Source of the DNA: an uncultured Nitrospinaceae bacterium
GTDB lineage: Bacteria; UBA8248
Length of the DNA: 45,854 nucleotides
Reading direction: 5' to 3'
Assembly: GCA_964620535.1 (NCBI GenBank)
Contig: CAZUHN010000095.1
Span: 1 to 45,854 of the forward strand
Every line of letters begins with the position of its first letter. Position 1 is the first letter of the stretch. Below are positions 1 to 9,013 of this stretch, piece by piece. Under the pieces are notes generated by a model, which was not told where the DNA came from, made no database searches, and saw only the letters and a list, made by a program, of their open reading frames with translations. A program made the position numbers and the translations under genes.

Positions 1-1
1 C

Positions 2-505
2 TTTCTCGGGGGGCTTCTCGGAAACAATGGAACTCTCGTTGGGGCCGCGGTTGATGGCGTAAAGGGGTTTTCCGGTCTTCGTCGAGATGAGACCCCATTG
101 ATGCACCACCCAGACGACGCCTTTTTGGTTTGCTCTTGCCACATAAATAAATCGTCCGCTTCGTTCGGAGAGAATGGTCTGGCGGGTACGGTCGAGGTCC
201 TGGGTTAAGTCCTTGACTTGCTCCCGCAGAGCAACCTCGGCTGCCTCGGAAATTGCGCGCCGCTCTCCGAGATCCCTCATAATCGTATCGATTCGGTGCC
301 GGAGCAGGCGTTCTTGGGCTTGGGCGCTTTGGATGAACTCTTTGTTGGCCTGCTCCAATTCCTTTTCTCGTGCCCGGAACCGCTCTTCGAAGAGCACAAG
401 ACGTGCCTGCAGGGCGGATTTTTCTGCCCGCTCGGTAAAGAGGAAATTCCAAAGGGCTAAATCTACAACGATGAATAAAGAGAGGAGGATGGCCGTGACC
501 CGCAT
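2..505 (-). CDS. hypothetical membrane-anchored coiled-coil protein, 3' end off-window (possibly the C-terminal part of the broken FHA gene upstream)
   Basis: The minus-strand frame is open from ATG 505-503 to the window edge. It is absent from the ORF track because it has no stop. Hand translation: MRVTAILLSLFIVVDLALWNFLFTERAEKSALQARLVLFEERFRAREKELEQANKEF...AINRGPNESSIVSEKPPEK. That gives one hydrophobic helix followed by a charged heptad-like stretch. The frame is also open upstream of the ATG. Confidence 0.5.
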   Translation of the reverse strand, partial: MRVTAILLSLFIVVDLALWNFLFTERAEKSALQARLVLFEERFRAREKELEQANKEFIQSAQAQERLLRHRIDTIMRDLGERRAISEAAEVALREQVKDLTQDLDRTRQTILSERSGRFIYVARANQKGVVWVVHQWGLISTKTGKPLYAINRGPNESSIVSEKPPEK

Positions 506-649
506 GCCGAACTGCCATCGGGAACGCCGCAAGACTTCCTGGACAAAAGTAGAGGCAGTTTTTCCTTCGCTGGCTTTGCCTCCGCGATGGAGTCGCGGAC
601 CATGGCTTGAAGCATGCGGGCGTTCACGCTGCAGGTGGTGGTGTACATA

Positions 650-976
650 TCAAGCATTCCTATAAGTCCGGATTCGCCCTCGAAAACGAGGCGGGGTCCG
701 CCCGAGCCGAGTTCGATGAGGGTCCCCTGAGGTGAGTTTTGCCAAGCTGACGCATTTTCCGTTGAGGAAGGTCCCCTTGTCGCCGCTGTTGTCGTAGAGA
801 ACGAAGAAGCCGCACTCGAATGTAATCTCTGCGTGGACGGACTCGATTTCAAGTGATTCAATACCACCAATATTCACTTCGTTGTCTCCCGATGTTCCGA
901 TGCGAATCCGTTCTTGAGAAAACTCCAATTTGTCCCCCTCTTGGGGGACACCCAGGTAGGTGATGCTTATTTTCAC
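650..976 (-). CDS. FHA domain-containing protein, N-terminal segment (frame breaks near 720-727)
   Basis: FHA signature RIGTSGDNEVNI...SVHAEITFECGFFVLYDNSGDKGTFLNG. The expected end of the domain (GD-LIELGSGGPRLVFEG) continues in the frame of ORF 463..870. The start overlaps the plsC stop (ATGA). Confidence 0.7.
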   Translation of the reverse strand: MKISITYLGVPQEGDKLEFSQERIRIGTSGDNEVNIGGIESLEIESVHAEITFECGFFVLYDNSGDKGTFLNGKCVSLAKLTSGDPHRTRLGRTPPRFRGRIRTYRNA

Positions 977-1650
977 CGCGACTTTTTCACTGAAATTTTC
1001 GAATACGATGCCAGGTATTCTCTTTCTAAATTTCTGAGAGACTCTTCGGCGAGCCGTGCAGCGTGCTCGCGGGCTTCTCGTCCCCGGCCAGGCACGGGGC
1101 GAAGGAGTTCCCCCACGCGGATGGCTAGGAAAGAGGTGTCCGAAAGGGCACGTTGCATATCGATTAACGTATCGGATCCAGTGATATAGATTGGCAGAAT
1201 CGACGCTCCGCTCATTGTGGCCAAGGTGCCGACTCCCGCCTTGAAGCCTTTCTGCCCTAACGTGTCCACGATTCCGCCCTCTGGGAAGAGGGTGACCACG
1301 CCTCCGGCACGAAGTATCTGGAGGGCGGTCCGAAACGTGCTTCCTTGGGGTTTTTCCCGATTGACCGAAAAACCACCAAACAAGGTATTGACAAGGCGAT
1401 GATGGGTTTTTTCGAAGAGCTCGCGCTTGGCCAAGAAGTGTATGCGCCGGGGGATGAAAGCACCGAGAAGAATCGGGTCTAGATAACTTCTATGGGTAGC
1501 GACGAGAATGAGCGGTCCCTCTCGATGAATGTTTTCTATTCCCCTGACATCGTACCCGCCAAACGAGATCCAAAAGATTGCGCGAAAAAAAGCCTTAAGC
1601 CAGAAGGGTTGCCAGCAGGGCGGAATCTTTCCCGCTCCCTCATTCTCCAC
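973..1650 (-). CDS. plsC: 1-acyl-sn-glycerol-3-phosphate acyltransferase (lysophospholipid acyltransferase family)
   Basis: HX4D motif (ATHRSYLDP) and FPEGG motif. GTG start at 1650 is preceded by GAGGAGGGA. Confidence 0.85.
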   Translation of the reverse strand: MENEGAGKIPPCWQPFWLKAFFRAIFWISFGGYDVRGIENIHREGPLILVATHRSYLDPILLGAFIPRRIHFLAKRELFEKTHHRLVNTLFGGFSVNREKPQGSTFRTALQILRAGGVVTLFPEGGIVDTLGQKGFKAGVGTLATMSGASILPIYITGSDTLIDMQRALSDTSFLAIRVGELLRPVPGRGREAREHAARLAEESLRNLEREYLASYSKISVKKSR

Positions 1651-1662
1651 AGGTCTCCCTCC

Positions 1663-2242
1663 TCAGCTATTCATATCCCTCAGCCAGTTCGACACGCCGG
1701 CTATGGGAGTGTTGAAGGCGGCAGCCAAGTCCGCCGCAGCGTCGACAGGTACCAGTGATCGGATGTGGTTGCATTATAGAGAGAAAATTTGCCTCAGCCA
1801 GGAGGGCAGGCCGGCGCAGATTTGAACTGTCGGGTCTTCTCGCCCTAGGCTGGGGCCAGAGCAAACGTTCAATGCACCCAGGAAAAACATGCCTAGCCAG
1901 ACCCATAACGGAGTCCGTCCGGTATAGACATTGTGAGCAATTATTGTCTGGGGAATGCTGCTCCCCCTGGCCTCGGGTATATAATGCATGAGGAGACCCC
2001 CAGCTAAAAAGCGCCGGCAGCGAATATCAACAGAACAGCGTACCATAGCCGGAGGATGGAGGTTAGATCCTGGGAACCGAAAAGCCATAAGTGCATCCAT
2101 CGATGCTGAGATGGAAAAGGACTGCTGTCAGCCTAGCGACGACATCGACCATAATTGGCAATGAAGTAATATATGCCTTGCCAGGCAAAACCAAAACAAA
2201 GTAACCAGCTAAGAAGGTGAAGGCAAAACTTTTCCAGTTCAT
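1663..2242 (-). pseudogene. possible degraded small membrane-protein gene (pieces in three frames)
   Basis: Hydrophobic ORF fragments follow one another on the minus strand in different frames. The first is MNWKSFAFTFLAGYFVLVLPGKAYITSLPIMVD..., 58 codons from ATG 2242. It is followed by ..LWYAVLLIFAAGAF, then ..LAGGLLMHYIPE..PLWVWLGMFFLGALN, and a final piece ..AADLAAAFNTPIAGVSNWLRDMNS ending at TGA 1665-1663 just before the plsC RBS. No family was recognised. Confidence 0.25.
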
Positions 2243-2628
2243 TGCTCAATTGTTGGGGAGAGGAAAAACGTAGGATACTACGTTTCGTCTGAGCCGGAGT
2301 CATGCAATAACTCCCGGACGGTTGCCTTTGCATATGCATTTTCTGAGCGTCTGACTCGTAAATGTTCCGTTTGGTCTTGGTCAGGTTCAGGGGTTGAATG
2401 CTTTCGCCTTCAAGGTATCTTCAGGATAGTGTGACTCAAATTAGCAGGAAGAATTGAAACGGTTCATCAGATTTGGCAATTTGAAATGTTGGCTCAACGC
2501 GGCATAGCGATCCATTAAGAACATCTTGTTTGGAGGGATGATTGCAGAGGCCGAAATGTGGTCGGTGCACCTCCCGGCAGCACAAGCCGTACTACTATAA
2601 ATCATCTTCGGATCGGGAGGAATCGTTT

Positions 2629-3392
2629 ATGGTTGTTCTTGAGGGGCAATCTGCCATTGTGACCGGTGCTTCCAAAGGGATTGGCAGAGCTACAGCCCTG
2701 CGTCTTGCGTCCGCGGATTGCTCGGTTTTTCTCGCAGCAGACGGTCCGGCTGAGGCTCTGGAAGCCGCCGCCGCCGAGTGCAGGAAAGCGGGAAAAGTGC
2801 GGGTCGAATGGGGCCTTTTTGACCTTGCTGAGTTGGACGAAAGTAAAGCGATGGTGGAAGCTGCGCTAGAATGTTTCGGGAAGGTAGATATTTTGGTCAA
2901 TAATGCCGGCGTTCGTGCCCACAAGCTCTTGGGAGAGTTTACTCACAAGGATTTTGAGCACGTTGTGGGGGGGTAAACCTCCGGGCGCCCTTTTTTACTA
3001 GCCAAGCCGTTCTTCCTTCCATGCGGGCCGCCGGTGGAGGGTGCATCATCCACATTGCGAGCCAACTCGGCGTGGTCGCGGCAAAGAAGACGGCTATATA
3101 TGGAATGACAAAAGCCGCTCTTATACACCTTACGAAGGTGATGGCACTTGAACTCGCCCCAGCAGGGATCAGAGTAAATGCTATCAGCCCGGGTCCGATC
3201 GCAACTGAATTTCTTCTGGAACGCCTAAATAAGGATCCTGAAGAACGGGCTCAAAGACTTACGTATGTCCCAGCTGGGCGTTTCGGAGAGGCCGAAGAGA
3301 TCGCGGCCGCTGTCGTGTTTTTGGCCTCTGGGGAAGCGACTTTTATCCATGGGCAGAACCTTCTTGTCGACGGAGGATATGTAACACATTGA
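2629..3392 (+). pseudogene. short-chain dehydrogenase/reductase (SDR), split by a 1-nt frameshift at a G7 run
   Basis: N-terminal half has TGASKGIGRA and NNAG (ORF 2542..2976, likely ATG 2629 after GGGAGG). C-terminal half has S...YGMTKAA (YxxxK) and ends LVDGGY (ORF 3021..3392). Adding one G at 2967-2973 joins them as EHVVGGVNLRAPFFTSQAVLPSMRAAGGG. Confidence 0.8.
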
Positions 3393-3587
3393 GCTTAATT
3401 AAGGGGGTGTGATTTCCAGGAAAATTCGGAACGCCACCCTGCGTAACTATTTTCCTGGAGAACTTTCGGCAACAAAGGGTCACATTGCTTTGTATGTTCA
3501 TTTTCATGTTCTGTGTCGGTTTCCAGCCGTAAGCGGTTGAAAAAAAGCCGCTCCTTTTATTAATTTTAGATTGAGAGGAGATGTTTC

Positions 3588-4472
3588 ATGGCCATGAAAA
3601 TTGGAGTGGTCGGTCTGGGCATTATGGGAGGGGCATTTTCGGGGCACTTGCTGGATGCTGGCTTCGAGGTGGCAGGTTACGATCCAGTGGGAAAAATGTA
3701 TGAAAAATTTGAGGGAAAAAACCTTCGCCGGGCGAAATCTCCTGCAGATGCGGCGAAGGGGTCGGACCTTATTATGACCTCTCTCCCGAATTATAAGTTT
3801 GTAGAAGAAGCAATTTCCGGTCCGGAAGGTGTATTTGAAGGAATAGATTCCGGGGCAGTCATTGCGGACATGAGCACGGTTCCTCCGAGTTTTAGCCGTT
3901 CTTTGGCACAGTCTGCGGAGGAAAGGGGCCTTTCTTTGCTCGATAGCCCTGTCAGCGGAGCGGGGAGACAGGCACAAATCAAGGATCTTGTTGTGATGAG
4001 CTCTGGACCGAAGGCGGCGTTTGAAAAAACAAAAGTCGCTTTCGATGCCATCGGGAAGAAGACTGTGTATGTAGGCGAGAAAAACGGTTTGGCTGCGCAG
4101 TTGAAGCTTGTGATCAATCTTGTTTTGTTCGTGAACATGGCCGGAGCGGCAGAGGGCCTTACGCTGGGACTGAAGGCCGGAATATCTCCCGATATCATGC
4201 TTGATGCCCTCTGCTCTGGAGCGGCGAGTTCGAATGTGCTCGAGGTGCGGGGAAAGGATATGTTGGCAGACAACTACCCGCCTTCCGGTCCTATCTGGAT
4301 CGTACTCAAGGATCTGGATTGTGCAATCGCCTCAGCGGACGATATGAGCGTTCCCGTTCCCCTAGCGGGGCTCGTGCGAAACTTCTACATGGCCCAAAAG
4401 AGTAAAGGACGTGAAAATGAGGATGGGAGTTCGATCTTCCGTATTTTTAAAGAGCTGGCGAACATCACGTAA
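3588..4472 (+). CDS. NAD(P)-dependent beta-hydroxyacid dehydrogenase (3-hydroxyisobutyrate / 6-phosphogluconate dehydrogenase-like)
   Basis: N-terminal Rossmann motif KIGVVGLGIMGGAFSGHL, DSPVSG, catalytic-Lys region AAQLKLVINL. RBS GAGAGGAG lies upstream. Confidence 0.85.
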   Translation: MAMKIGVVGLGIMGGAFSGHLLDAGFEVAGYDPVGKMYEKFEGKNLRRAKSPADAAKGSDLIMTSLPNYKFVEEAISGPEGVFEGIDSGAVIADMSTVPPSFSRSLAQSAEERGLSLLDSPVSGAGRQAQIKDLVVMSSGPKAAFEKTKVAFDAIGKKTVYVGEKNGLAAQLKLVINLVLFVNMAGAAEGLTLGLKAGISPDIMLDALCSGAASSNVLEVRGKDMLADNYPPSGPIWIVLKDLDCAIASADDMSVPVPLAGLVRNFYMAQKSKGRENEDGSSIFRIFKELANIT

Positions 4473-4610
4473 GAGGAAAAAATCGGAGCGGGAGGAGTGC
4501 CCGTTCAAGAAGAGTTGGCAGGAAGTCGATCAAATAAAATCATCATGTCTTTTTCACGATTTGGTCGCCTGCCTCTCAGATCATCCGTATGGGGTCGGCG
4601 CGCATGATCA

Positions 4611-4979
4611 TTACTTGAACATGTCACCTAACTTTTCTTCAATAGTCTGTGGAGTGAATGGTTTAACGATGTAGTTATTCGTGCCGGATTGAATCGCTTG
4701 AGTAACATTTTCCCTTAAAGCTTCCGCAGTTACCATGAGGAAGGGAATCGTTTTCTCGTCTGCCCGTACTGCCTTGAGGAACTCTAGTCCGATCATCACC
4801 GGTATGTTCCAGTCTGATGTGATAAGTTCGAAATCGTCCGACTTCGCCATGCAGTATCCCTCCTCGCCGTTCTCAACCTCGGATACGTTTTCAAAGCCAA
4901 GTTGGCGTAACATATTGCGAACCACCTTCCGCATCGTTGTGAAGTCATCCACGATAAATATTTTCATCTTGTTGTCCAT
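4611..4979 (-). CDS. cheY: single-domain CheY-like response regulator
   Basis: IFIVDDFTTMRK (acidic pair), SDWNIP (phospho-Asp), LMVTAEA, YIVKPFT. 122 aa with no output domain. No other che genes are in the window. Confidence 0.85.
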   Translation of the reverse strand: MDNKMKIFIVDDFTTMRKVVRNMLRQLGFENVSEVENGEEGYCMAKSDDFELITSDWNIPVMIGLEFLKAVRADEKTIPFLMVTAEALRENVTQAIQSGTNNYIVKPFTPQTIEEKLGDMFK

Positions 4980-5741
4980 TTTGCCGTTTTCCGTCGGCCA
5001 TTCCGTTTCTCTCTTGCGTTATAAGAGAGGGCGTTAGACCTGCAAAATATTGACCGTTTCTAAGCAGATATTTCCTTGCTCCATTGACAAAAAGTATTGC
5101 GTTACCTTCAGTGCAAGGGTTCCATTTGGTTGAGAATGCGAGTCAGTTTTATTTGTATCCAGGACTTTCCATGAATGGCGATCTGGTCACTGTGAGTGGG
5201 GAAATACCAGATTAATAATATCTGGTAATCTCCTAAACTAGATTTTCTTGATAATTCTGAACCTCTATTGTTGCCCGCAGATTACTTTTGCATTGATCTT
5301 CTTTGAGGCAATCCCAGAACATTTCATGTTTCTTGAAATTCTTCAGCCCGTAATTTCATTCACCCCAACTCCCCTCATCTGAATCTATTATATCATGACC
5401 ATCTGGATAGCCTCAATTTCCTGGCAGTTGTTGTTGCTTTGAGATGTGCTCTGCATCAAGTGATGGGGGAGAGGAGAAGATCTTCGAACACCTCTGCTAT
5501 CCCTTTTGCGGCGGGAGAATCCGGGAAAACCTTAAAGACGTTTCGCCCGTTCGTAGATCCAAAAGTTAGGTTACTCGTTCATGGCCACGGTTCCCTCCGT
5601 CATTCGGGGAAAAGGTCGCACGGTGAAACAGATCTCGAAAGGCCCCGCCCTTATGATTCCCTTCACCACAGATTCCGGAGATTTCTTTGTGGAGGCGATC
5701 TCTGCAGAATAGCGGCCCGCCGGCCCCGCGCTCTTGTCAGA

Positions 5742-5993
5742 CTACTGACTCCGGATGACCGCGGATTGGATGATTTGCCGCGTTTCGTCGTCGTTCAGGG
5801 TTCTCAATTGCTCGAATGTGATGAGCGCAGATGTATCCGGATCCCCTCGCTCGCCCCACCAGACGCGAAAACTGTCGTCTACGTAGGTGAAGCGGAGATC
5901 CAAGTCCACGTTTGGAATCCCCTTATCCAATATCTTGCTTAATCGCTCGACGAGAACGCGTCCCTCCTGCCGCTGTTGCGCTACGTCACTCAA
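5742..5993 (-). CDS. hypothetical protein (83 aa), downstream of the MBL gene
   Basis: The ORF starts 6 nt after the stop of the upstream gene on the same strand. No family was recognised. The frame stays open beyond its TAG (see findings). Confidence 0.45.
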   Translation of the reverse strand: MSDVAQQRQEGRVLVERLSKILDKGIPNVDLDLRFTYVDDSFRVWWGERGDPDTSALITFEQLRTLNDDETRQIIQSAVIRSQ

Positions 5994-5999
5994 CGGCTT

Positions 6000-6791
6000 T
6001 CACCTCCCCTCTTTTCGAAATTCATACGATTTGCCTTGAACGAGCCACTGAAGACGTGGCTCACAAAGAGCCTGGACCTCTTCATTGATTTCGTTCCGGC
6101 AATGCGGTTTCACGTGAAACAGATATATTGGTACATTCGGCGGCATTTTCTTGATTTCCGCTTTGAGAGTACGGGGGGTCAAATGCATGGAAGCGTCCGC
6201 GACATCCTGAAGGCGATTGGGGAAAGAGACCTCCGTAATAATCGTATGAAGATCCGCGCAGTCTCGTCCCTTTTCCCAAATCACTTGTGTCGGCCCGCTA
6301 TCCCCCGTGAAAAGGACCGCGCCCTCGTCGTCACGCAGGATATAGCCCACCGCATTGACGTTGTGGTTTACAGGATAAGCGGTGAGTCGAACGTCCGAGA
6401 TAGAAAATTCATTGTTTTCGTGGATACTTAGGAATTCAAGGATCGGGTGTTCGCCCGACGTGAGCACAGAGAAGTCTGGCCACGTAATATCGTTGAAAAG
6501 ATATTTGTGGAGGTCCCCCAAAATGCTGTTGAGACTGATTACAGGGAGGCTTTTTTCCCGAAGGCCGAAAACGTTGTCGGCGATGAAAGGGATGTCACCC
6601 ACATGATCCAGGTGAACGTGCGTAAGAATAATCCCTTCCAGGGTGGCTTGTTCGGCCGTTGAGAGGGTGGACGCCGCACTTCCCGCATCGAGGAGGAGCC
6701 TGTCGTTGATGAGGAATGATGGCAGATAAAAACCGGGCTCTTTGCCCCCGCTGCAGCCGAGAACTCGAAGACGGATGGGCGGATCCTCCAA
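6000..6791 (-). CDS. MBL-fold metallo-hydrolase, class-II 3',5'-cyclic-nucleotide phosphodiesterase-like
   Basis: LRVLGCSGG...LLLDAGS...ILTHVHLDHVGDIP (HxHxDH). The length and layout match class-II cAMP phosphodiesterase-type MBL proteins. TTG start lacks a clear SD. Confidence 0.7.
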   Translation of the reverse strand: MEDPPIRLRVLGCSGGKEPGFYLPSFLINDRLLLDAGSAASTLSTAEQATLEGIILTHVHLDHVGDIPFIADNVFGLREKSLPVISLNSILGDLHKYLFNDITWPDFSVLTSGEHPILEFLSIHENNEFSISDVRLTAYPVNHNVNAVGYILRDDEGAVLFTGDSGPTQVIWEKGRDCADLHTIITEVSFPNRLQDVADASMHLTPRTLKAEIKKMPPNVPIYLFHVKPHCRNEINEEVQALCEPRLQWLVQGKSYEFRKEGR

Positions 6792-6913
6792 CGAAAGGGG
6801 TTAAAGGTAAAAGGTAACTCTATCCCCCTCCTTGATTCCTCAAAATGAATTTCACACAAAAATATAGTATAAAGTTCCCCATTTCGGAAACCGCTCCGCC
6901 TATCGTTTTGATT

Positions 6914-7639
6914 CTAGGCTCTTTCCCAGCGTCCACTTTTTGTGCGCCGCCTTCGGCCAAAATCCGTCATCCGGGCCACTTCCGTTCCCATGAATACAGG
7001 GCCATCCACGCATACCCGCCAGCCCGAGCAACTGCACTGGCCGCACAGGCCGACGGCGCATTTCATATAACGCTCAATAGCGTAATACGTCTTTTCCGGA
7101 GGGAGGTGAGGCATACAGGCCGCCATCATCCGCTCCGGGCCGCAAACAGCGTAGTGTTTCGCCTCGGCGGGGAAAAGATCGGTTATCAGACCTCGATGGC
7201 CCAGAGAACCGTCCTCGGTGGCGACGCGAACCGGGCCGAGACCCTTGAACTCCTCATAATAAAGAATTTCCTCGGCCGTTCTTCCGCCGAGGAGAAAAGA
7301 CGGTTCACGGGCGGCGAAGGCCAGTAGCCGGAGTTCCGCGATCCCGACCCCGCCTCCGATGAGGGCGGGGCGGTCGAGGTCGGGATATCCCTTGCCGAGC
7401 GGCCCCCGTATGCCGATTTCATCGCCAGGGGAAAGTTCGCATAATCCACCGGTGAAATCTCCCGCATGCTTTAAAGTGAACGCGTTGGGATAGGAAAGGG
7501 TGAAGGGTTTTTCTCCGACGCGGGGATGCCAAACCATGAAGAACTGGCCGGGGGCGCATTCGATTGCGAGGTCGAAAAAAATGGTTCTAGTGTAGTTACT
7601 CTCGCGGCGATTATTGGTGACTCGAACTATCTCACGCAT
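6914..7639 (-). CDS. pyrK: dihydroorotate dehydrogenase B electron-transfer subunit
   Basis: FAD/NAD-binding fold followed by a C-terminal 2Fe-2S Cys cluster (CGP....MKCAVGLCGQCSC). It overlaps pyrD by 8 nt. Confidence 0.85.
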   Translation of the reverse strand: MREIVRVTNNRRESNYTRTIFFDLAIECAPGQFFMVWHPRVGEKPFTLSYPNAFTLKHAGDFTGGLCELSPGDEIGIRGPLGKGYPDLDRPALIGGGVGIAELRLLAFAAREPSFLLGGRTAEEILYYEEFKGLGPVRVATEDGSLGHRGLITDLFPAEAKHYAVCGPERMMAACMPHLPPEKTYYAIERYMKCAVGLCGQCSCSGWRVCVDGPVFMGTEVARMTDFGRRRRTKSGRWERA

Positions 7640-8573
7640 GCGGGACGTCTAGAGCGGGCAGGCGGTGGGCGCCACCGACAAGGGATGTGAGGGATTCACC
7701 CTCCAAATAGGCGAGAATGCCTTCCCAGATGTTCCTTGTAAGGGCCGACGCTTCGGCGGTGCTTTTGCCGAGAAAGGCGGTGCCGATTCCCAGAATACAT
7801 GCACCGGCAAGAAAGTATTCCAGGGCGTCGCGCCAGGTGGAAATTCCTCCGTAAGCCACGATGGGGCATTTGTAACGGGCATAAACATCGTGGGTCATAC
7901 GCAAACTTATTGGCTTGAGCGCCGGGCCACTGATCCCGCCGGTAGTCCCGGTGAGAATCGCATTGCGGGTCCGAATGTCGATCGCGAGTCCCGGCCCCAA
8001 AGTGTTAGCGCAGCCAAAGGCGTCTGCGCCTTCCTCGATACATGCCTCGGCGACCGCCATATAGTCGGAATTGGGCGAGAGCTTGGCAATCAGGGCTTTG
8101 TCGGTCTCGCTCCTGGACAAGCGGACTACCTCGCCCGCGAGGGAGGGATGCTGGCCGATGCTTTCCATAATGGTTTCCTCTCCGGGGACTTTATTCGGGC
8201 AACCCAGATTCAATTCAATGGCGTCGGTGAAAGGAGACATTTTCCCCACGACAGAGGCGAACTCCTCGGGCGTGCCCCCGTAGACGGAGATGATGAGTTT
8301 GGACCGCTCGAAACGTGTCTCAGAAATATCTTGGATCCAATCCTCGGGGTTCTGGGTTGGGAGGGCCAAAGAGTTGAGGACGGGGCCACCGTGGTCTTCC
8401 GGGTAGACAACAACCGGATTTTCATTTCCGGCCTTCTCGACCGGCCCGACGGATTTTGTCACATACCCGCCCAGCGCCGCGCCGGAGCGCTCGAAGGCCA
8501 AAAAAACTTCGGGATAGCTTAAAATGCCGCTCGCGTTGATAAGAGGAGGGTGGATATCCGGCAGCGGTATCAA
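7632..8573 (-). CDS. pyrD: dihydroorotate dehydrogenase, class 1B catalytic subunit
   Basis: LINASG, VTKSVG, ELNLGCPN, ANTLGPG and GGISGPALKP motifs typical of class-1 DHODH. It is paired with pyrK. Confidence 0.9.
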   Translation of the reverse strand: MIPLPDIHPPLINASGILSYPEVFLAFERSGAALGGYVTKSVGPVEKAGNENPVVVYPEDHGGPVLNSLALPTQNPEDWIQDISETRFERSKLIISVYGGTPEEFASVVGKMSPFTDAIELNLGCPNKVPGEETIMESIGQHPSLAGEVVRLSRSETDKALIAKLSPNSDYMAVAEACIEEGADAFGCANTLGPGLAIDIRTRNAILTGTTGGISGPALKPISLRMTHDVYARYKCPIVAYGGISTWRDALEYFLAGACILGIGTAFLGKSTAEASALTRNIWEGILAYLEGESLTSLVGGAHRLPALDVPHA

Positions 8574-9013
8574 CGAGTTTCTCCCGAGGCTGGGAGAGGA
8601 AAGGGCGTTATCATCAAGAAAATAGTATAGTTGCTGGGGGCGAGGGAGGTAAAGTTCTACATTCTATTTTATGCGCATTGGCCGCATCTTTATGGATATA
8701 ATGCGGCCAAACGGCGTTTTCACCGTGTGGACCCTGAGAAATAGATTTTATATATGAAGTTCAAATAGCAGATTGGGTTATGAAGGAAATTTTGAGCTTT
8801 ACATATTATTAAAATAATAAAATATTTTCCTGGACGAAGCATTCTGCCCAAGCCGCGCAATTATATTTCGTTATTTTTATTGATATTTCTTACGAGGTTT
8901 CCCGCATCTGATATTTCCTCCCGCAGCTCAGGCGGGTCGGTGTCCGGGGTGGCTTTACCCCCAAGGGGAAGGGAACACGATTTTCGGAATTTCGGTTAGG
9001 AGGAAAAACGGTC

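Noticed and set aside
3532-3561. Possible terminator after the SDR gene (AGCGG-N11-CCGCT followed by CCTTTTATT), and a similar weak hairpin after hemB (14754-14774).
   Set aside because: The stems are only 5-6 bp with large loops and poor T-tracts, which is not enough to call.
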